32,156 nucleotides of DNA from an uncultured Sphingomonas sp. Lineage in GTDB: Bacteria > Acidobacteriota > Terriglobia > Terriglobales > Acidobacteriaceae. Shown one piece after another: positions 27,292-32,156 of this stretch. The stretch covers positions 1-32,156 of the forward strand of contig CAZZZQ010000002.1 of assembly GCA_964658405.1 (NCBI GenBank), written 5' to 3'. Made by a program: the position numbers and the translations under genes. The notes below the pieces were generated by a model that saw only the letters and a program-made list of their open reading frames with translations, was not told where the DNA came from and did not search any database. Positions within the stretch are counted from its first letter, which is position 1. Every line of letters starts with the position of its first letter.

Positions 27292-27403
27292 CCAATCATC
27301 ACATCCGGGTTCGATCAGCCACGGCGGATCCGTCAGCACGCTGCACCAAGGGGACGAGATGCCCGGACTTCTCTACTCAGGACCCAGAAGTTAGAGTAGA
27401 GAG

Positions 27404-28012
27404 ATGCAACGCTTAGGCATCCTCCTCTCCGGCCGGGGCTCCAACTTCCTCGCCATCGCCGAAGCCATCCGCCAGAATCGTCTTCTCGGCGCAGAGATCG
27501 CCGTTGTCCTCTCGAATAAAGAGGACGCACCCGGCCTCACCTCGGCCCGCGAGCTCGGCCTGCCCGCCTTTGCCATCCCCTCTGCAGGTCGCAAACGAGC
27601 GGAGCATGACACCGAGATGATCGCGCGGCTCCACCAGCATCGTGTCGATCTGGTCTGCCTCGCAGGCTACATGCGCATCATCTCCCCGGCTTTTGTCGAG
27701 GCCTTCCCAGAGCGCATCCTCAACGTCCACCCATCGTTGCTCCCGGCCTTTCCGGGGCTCGACGCACAGGGCCAGGCGCTTGAATTCGGCGCAAAGGTCG
27801 CAGGCTGTACCGTGCACTTCGTCGACGAGGCGGTCGACCACGGCGTCATCATCCTCCAGCGCGCCGTCCCGATCCACGACGACGACACCGCCGACACCCT
27901 CTCCGCACGCATCCTCGAGCAGGAGCACATCGCCTACCCCGAGGCCATCGGCCGCGTTCTCGGCGGCAGCTTCCATACCCGCAACCGTCGCTACATCCGC
28001 CGCGAAGCTTAG
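27404..28012 (+). CDS. purN: Phosphoribosylglycinamide formyltransferase
   Basis: LLSGRGSNF, LAGYMRI, ILNVHPSLLP.F.G, GCTVHFVDE.VDHG.II.Q, EH..YP. Confidence 0.97.
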   Translation: MQRLGILLSGRGSNFLAIAEAIRQNRLLGAEIAVVLSNKEDAPGLTSARELGLPAFAIPSAGRKRAEHDTEMIARLHQHRVDLVCLAGYMRIISPAFVEAFPERILNVHPSLLPAFPGLDAQGQALEFGAKVAGCTVHFVDEAVDHGVIILQRAVPIHDDDTADTLSARILEQEHIAYPEAIGRVLGGSFHTRNRRYIRREA

Positions 28013-29358
28013 GGTGCAATCGTCGTCGTTGCACCGCGCACGACCGCTCCGCCCTTGACGACCACGTCGATCTTCTCGAGCACCTCGACCTTATGGAGCG
28101 GGTCGAGGGTCGTTGCGACCAGGTCAGCATAGTGCCCCGCGCGCAGCGATCCCACGTCCTTCGAGCGCCCAATCAGATCAGCCGCCGCACTCGTCGCCGC
28201 CTGGATCGCCTCGACCGGCGTCATCCCGTACATCACCATGTAGTGAAACTGCTTCGCGTTATCGCCATGGGGATACACGCCTTCGTCGGTGCCGAAGGCC
28301 ATCTTGACGCCCGCCGCATGCGCTTTGCGAAAGTTATCGCGCTGCGTCTGACCAAGCGCGCGTTCCTTATCCAGCACCTGCTTCGGAATATTAAACTTCG
28401 GCGCCTCATTCAGAATGTAGTCATCGTCATAGATGTCCATCACGAAGTAGGTGCCATGCGCCTTCGCCATTGCAATTCCCTCGTCATCGACCAGGGACGC
28501 ATGTTCAATCGAGTCAATGCCTGCCTCGATGGACCACTTGATCGACTGCGCGCCATGGGCATGCGCGGCGATCTTTCGCCCGGCCTGGTGCGCCGTCTCC
28601 GCCGCAACCTTCAACTCTTCAAGCGTGAACTGCGGTGCGCCCGGCTGATCGCCCAGCGATAAGACCCCGCCCGATGCCAGGATCTTGATGACGTCGACTC
28701 CATACTTGACCTGCTCACGGACGATCTTCCGCACCTCGTCAGGGCTGTCCGCGATGCCAAACTCATGCTGCGCCGGGAACATCTGGTAACTCACCTGCGG
28801 CGCATAGCCGTTCAGATCGCCGTGCCCGCCGGTGATCGAGATCCCCGGTCCGGACGCCACCATGCGCGGCCCCGGGATGTAGCCGGCGTTGATGTTGTTG
28901 CGAAGATCGACCGCGAGAAAAGGTAGCGAACCCACATCGCGCACCGTCGTAAAACCGGCATTGAGCGTCTTCTTCGCGTTCACCACGCCGGCAATCGCCG
29001 AGTCGAAGGGCGTATCGCGAAACGAGTTGATCTCGTCGTACTTATCCGAGCGCGCACCGAGATGCGTATGGCAGTCGATCAATCCCGGCAGCACATAGTC
29101 GCCCGAGAGATCAATCACCTCGGCTCCGGCCGGAACCTTGAAGGAGGCCGCCTCCACCGATTGAACGCGCTCCTCCACGACGACCAGCGTTACGTTGTCC
29201 TGATACTTACCGGTGGAGGGATCAAAGAGATGCCCGGCGCGGATGTAGGTCGGCTTGGCAGGCGGCTTTGCGGCAGTCTGGGCAACACAGGTCCCGGTTG
29301 CCAACGTAGAAGCGAGTACAACAGCAGCAGCAATCCCAGGATGCACGAAGGCCCTCAT
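28009..29358 (-). CDS. Secreted metal-dependent amidohydrolase (Xaa-Pro dipeptidase-like subgroup)
   Basis: Signal peptide; PGLIDCHTH, GFTTVRD, IKILASGG, AHAHG, SIEH, FGTD.G, G..ADLV. Confidence 0.9.
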   Translation of the reverse strand: MRAFVHPGIAAAVVLASTLATGTCVAQTAAKPPAKPTYIRAGHLFDPSTGKYQDNVTLVVVEERVQSVEAASFKVPAGAEVIDLSGDYVLPGLIDCHTHLGARSDKYDEINSFRDTPFDSAIAGVVNAKKTLNAGFTTVRDVGSLPFLAVDLRNNINAGYIPGPRMVASGPGISITGGHGDLNGYAPQVSYQMFPAQHEFGIADSPDEVRKIVREQVKYGVDVIKILASGGVLSLGDQPGAPQFTLEELKVAAETAHQAGRKIAAHAHGAQSIKWSIEAGIDSIEHASLVDDEGIAMAKAHGTYFVMDIYDDDYILNEAPKFNIPKQVLDKERALGQTQRDNFRKAHAAGVKMAFGTDEGVYPHGDNAKQFHYMVMYGMTPVEAIQAATSAAADLIGRSKDVGSLRAGHYADLVATTLDPLHKVEVLEKIDVVVKGGAVVRGATTTIAP

Positions 29359-29480
29359 ACGAAAAGTAGAAGTGATTGAAGCTCCATCTTAGGACCTTTC
29401 CCCACACTCCGCACGGAGGAGGCTTCTGAAGCGAAGCAATAAAAAGGGAGGCACCAGACTGCGGCTATAGTTGCATCACC

Positions 29481-30671
29481 ATGCAGTCAGGCGGCCCCAG
29501 CGTTCCGAGATCAACGTACTACCCAGCCCTCGACGGACTGCGAGCGGTTGCTGTCATCATGGTCTTCTTCCAGCACTACGGAGCCGGTCGAGCCTTCCTC
29601 TTCGGCTGGGGCTGGACCGGCGTCGATATCTTCTTCGTCCTCTCCGGCTTCCTCATCACCGGCATCCTCTACGACAGTCGCCACGCGCTTCACCGGTACC
29701 GCAACTTCTACATCCGCCGCACCCTCAGGATCTTCCCGCTCTACTACTTCATCTGGGGAATCATCCTTCTGCTCACGCCGCTCGCCGCATGGCAGTGGAA
29801 CTGGCGCTGGGCACTCTGGCCGGTCTACCTCGGCAACTACGCGCGGTTCTTCTTCCTCCACCAGGCGGGTAATCCATACCGGTTCGACATGCTGCTCTTC
29901 GGCCCGAAGGTCAATGCCTGGTTCGGCTACCCGGTGCACCTGTACATCGCCCACTTCTGGTCGCTCTGCGTCGAAGAGCAGTTCTACCTGGTCTGGCCGT
30001 TCATCGTCTATCGCATCCGCAGCCGCGAGACACTCAGCAGGATCTGCCTGGGCGTCATCGTTCTCAGCCCTTTGCTGAGAGCCCTTCTAAGCCGGTGGCT
30101 GACTCCTCAACTGCTCCACATGGAGCTGTTCTACCGAAGCCTCCCAACCCGCCTCGATGCTCTGCTCATCGGCGGGCTGATCGCGCTTTGCCTGCGAGGC
30201 CCGGAGGCCGACATGGTCCGTCGCGTAAGACGTCCGCTGCTCGTCACAGCCTCCATCCTCTTCGTAGCGCTCTATCTGATCTCAACCAGGGTGCTGTCCT
30301 TACCGCTCGAAGGCTCCGCGTCAAACTGGATCGGCATCTTCGGCTTCACCCTGATCGATCTCTTCGCCGCCGCACTCATTCTCGAATGCATCCACCCCGG
30401 CAGCCTGCTCGGAGCAGCCCTGAACTGGAGACCACTGCGCGCCCTCGGGACGATCAGCTACGGCTTCTACGTCTACCACGACCTGCTGCATGACTTCTAC
30501 GCAGACGCCGCCCACCGCCTCGCCCCCAACCACGCCTACGCAATAACCCTGATCCTGGCCTTCTCCGCCACCGTGCTGCTCGCCACGCTGAGCTACCGCT
30601 TCGTGGAGCGGCCACTCCTGAAACTGAAGGACCGGTTCACAACGCAGCGCCACGCAGCACCCACCGCATAG
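29481..30671 (+). CDS. Acyltransferase family 3
   Basis: LDGLRAVA...V...H, GVDIFFVLSGFLIT, FYIRRTLRIFPLYY, HFWSLCVEEQFY, ISYGFYVYH, SYRFVERP. Confidence 0.92.
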   Translation: MQSGGPSVPRSTYYPALDGLRAVAVIMVFFQHYGAGRAFLFGWGWTGVDIFFVLSGFLITGILYDSRHALHRYRNFYIRRTLRIFPLYYFIWGIILLLTPLAAWQWNWRWALWPVYLGNYARFFFLHQAGNPYRFDMLLFGPKVNAWFGYPVHLYIAHFWSLCVEEQFYLVWPFIVYRIRSRETLSRICLGVIVLSPLLRALLSRWLTPQLLHMELFYRSLPTRLDALLIGGLIALCLRGPEADMVRRVRRPLLVTASILFVALYLISTRVLSLPLEGSASNWIGIFGFTLIDLFAAALILECIHPGSLLGAALNWRPLRALGTISYGFYVYHDLLHDFYADAAHRLAPNHAYAITLILAFSATVLLATLSYRFVERPLLKLKDRFTTQRHAAPTA

Positions 30672-30713
30672 GTTTCATGGGTCATTCCCGAAGGAAAGCT
30701 GCGTCTCCAGTCC

Positions 30714-31748
30714 CTAGAACGCCCCGCCCGGCTGCAGCGGAATCACCTTCAGCAACACGCCCAGCGCAAACAGCAGAACGACGTAGAACACCATCGTCCG
30801 CGTGCTCGGCTCCGCGGGCTCATCCCTCGTAAACAGCCGATAGGCCATCCCAGCCGCAACCAGCAGAAAGACCTTCTGCTCCGTCAGCGCAAAGAAGATG
30901 ATGCAGGCCACCAGCAGCAACCCCCGCTGCAGCTTACTCAACGCATGCGCAGCCTGCCCGCCGTCAAGCATCCACACCGGGATCAGGTTGATCAGGTTCA
31001 GCCACGCGCCCGCATGCGCCAGCGCTGCAAAGACCGGCATCCGCGTGTAGAGATAGATCCCCATGCACGAAGCAGCCGCGAGCAGGCCGAAGAACGGGCC
31101 GGCCAGCGCAATCTCCGCCCGCGCATCGACCGAGATATCGAAGCCCTGCCACCGGACATACGCTCCAAAGCCCGGCAGAAACACCGGCAGGTCAGCCTTC
31201 AGCCCGCGCCGCTTGACGGCAAATACATGGCCCAGCTCATGAATCAAAATCTGCAGCGCAAAACCCACGCCAAACCACGGCCCGAAGAGTGTCCAGTAGA
31301 CCCCAAGAAACAGCGCAAAGCTCAGCAGAAACTTCAGCTTCAGAAGGATGAAGAAGAACGACTTCAGCTTCGCCAGCAGCAGCGCAACCGGAGCCAGCGG
31401 ACCCAGCCGCTTCGTCCAGCTCTTCTTCTCCGGCACACGGTCAAGCTGCGCCGTCTGTCGCCTCTCGATCGCCTGCCCATCCAGCTCCCGCAGGTGCTGC
31501 CGAATCCAGTCAGCCTGCGTCGACTCACGCGGCAGCAGCGGCAGCGCCGATCGCCAGAGCTCACGCGCATCGTCCATGCTGCCCGCTCGCTCCAGCTCCA
31601 GCGCGTCCTTCGAGATCGCGTCCAGCCGCGCACCATGCACCAGCGTCTGGCACCGCGGACACGCCAGGTCGCCCGCACGCAACTCCGCCTGGCAGACCGG
31701 GCACAGATGCGACGAGGACGACAGTACAAGCGGCTGCGAGGCTCCCAT
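30714..31748 (-). CDS. Site-2 protease (peptidase M50) with N-terminal zinc ribbon
   Basis: IHELGH (HExxH), IALAGP, NLIPVWMLDGG; CPVC...CPRC at the N-terminus. Start 31748 overlaps the upstream stop (TGATG); the track start is 32009. Confidence 0.88.
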   Translation of the reverse strand: MGASQPLVLSSSSHLCPVCQAELRAGDLACPRCQTLVHGARLDAISKDALELERAGSMDDARELWRSALPLLPRESTQADWIRQHLRELDGQAIERRQTAQLDRVPEKKSWTKRLGPLAPVALLLAKLKSFFFILLKLKFLLSFALFLGVYWTLFGPWFGVGFALQILIHELGHVFAVKRRGLKADLPVFLPGFGAYVRWQGFDISVDARAEIALAGPFFGLLAAASCMGIYLYTRMPVFAALAHAGAWLNLINLIPVWMLDGGQAAHALSKLQRGLLLVACIIFFALTEQKVFLLVAAGMAYRLFTRDEPAEPSTRTMVFYVVLLFALGVLLKVIPLQPGGAF

Positions 31749-32155
31749 CAGGACTCCATCCTTTTGGACTGGCCCACGTGATACGGCCCCGAAACCCGAT
31801 AGTCCGAACCTGCAGTCATCGTCCATGCCGCGCGAATGCCAATGAAGAGAATGAACAGTCCAATCACCCCGCCAACGCCGGTCTTCAGATCGAGAAACGG
31901 CGCCAGCAATCCATACTTCAGAAAGAAACTCAGCAACGCCGGTCCATAGCTGATCGCAGTCCCCGCCGGCATCCGCACCGCATGCAGAATCACGATCAGA
32001 CTCGCACAAGAGACCGATAGATACGTCAGGATCGCCGCCACCACCTGGTAGCGCCTGCCACCCCTGCCCTCAGACCCAAGCTTCATCCCCTTGCCGACCA
32101 GCCAACCCACCGCCAGTGCCACGTAGCCGATCGTCCACCCTGTCGCGATCTCGAT
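31748..32155 (-). CDS. Hypothetical membrane protein, 5'-truncated by the window edge
   Basis: Frame is open to the window end (..IEIATGWTIGYVALAVGWLVGKGM..GRGGRRYQVVAA..); hydrophobic segments; coupled to the M50 gene. Confidence 0.75.
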   Translation of the reverse strand: MEIATGWTIGYVALAVGWLVGKGMKLGSEGRGGRRYQVVAAILTYLSVSCASLIVILHAVRMPAGTAISYGPALLSFFLKYGLLAPFLDLKTGVGGVIGLFILFIGIRAAWTMTAGSDYRVSGPYHVGQSKRMES

Positions 32156-32156
32156 C

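Larger units (their letters stand above)
151..27403. other. Polysaccharide biosynthesis island between purM and purN
   Basis: All recognisable genes in the interval are glycan-related or regulatory. Flanking genes use strongly C/G-ending codons while island genes visibly use more A/T-ending codons (by eye). No integrase or target duplication seen. Confidence 0.75.

Noticed and set aside
27279-27294. Second GG-N10-GC match (TGGGCAAGTCTTTGCG, minus strand)
   Set aside because: It coincides with the conserved enhancer-like site, whose other copy at 18965 lacks the GG; better explained as the enhancer.
151-27403. Island as an integrative mobile element or prophage
   Set aside because: No integrase, transposase, att-like direct repeat, tRNA or phage gene is visible.
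1-32156. CRISPR arrays, tRNA/rRNA genes, defence or toxin-antitoxin systems
   Set aside because: No regularly spaced repeats, cloverleaf-like sequences or relevant protein motifs were seen by eye; intergenic gaps are short.

Overview
Bacterial chromosomal window, probably Acidobacteriota (an impression from gene content and codon style, not a search result). A ~27-kb surface-polysaccharide/EPS island (151-27403) lies between the 3' end of purM and purN. It has a regulatory module of two divergent sigma54 enhancer-binding proteins (bEBPs; one with a pseudo-receiver, one with no sensor domain) plus a coupled small DUF6982-like gene. It also has a minus-strand synthesis/export operon (wza, wzc, acyltransferase, NusG paralog, GT4-GT4 fusion, wbaP, 2OG-Fe(II)-oxygenase-like gene, wzx, GT8, GT4), a GT2, a GH16 lipoprotein, and a second minus-strand tailoring operon (acyltransferase, GT-C-like membrane protein, UDP-galactopyranose-mutase-like flavoprotein, GMC oxidoreductase). 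The most striking signal is non-coding. Both minus-strand operons start with the same regulatory cassette at near-identical spacing: TGCGCAAAGnnTTGC site, AT-rich tract, sigma54 -24/-12 promoter, and a ~42-nt conserved leader element with a covarying GAAA hairpin. After purN come an amidohydrolase, a third acyltransferase, a Zn-ribbon site-2 protease and a truncated membrane-protein gene. No RNA genes, CRISPR arrays, integrases or transposases were seen.
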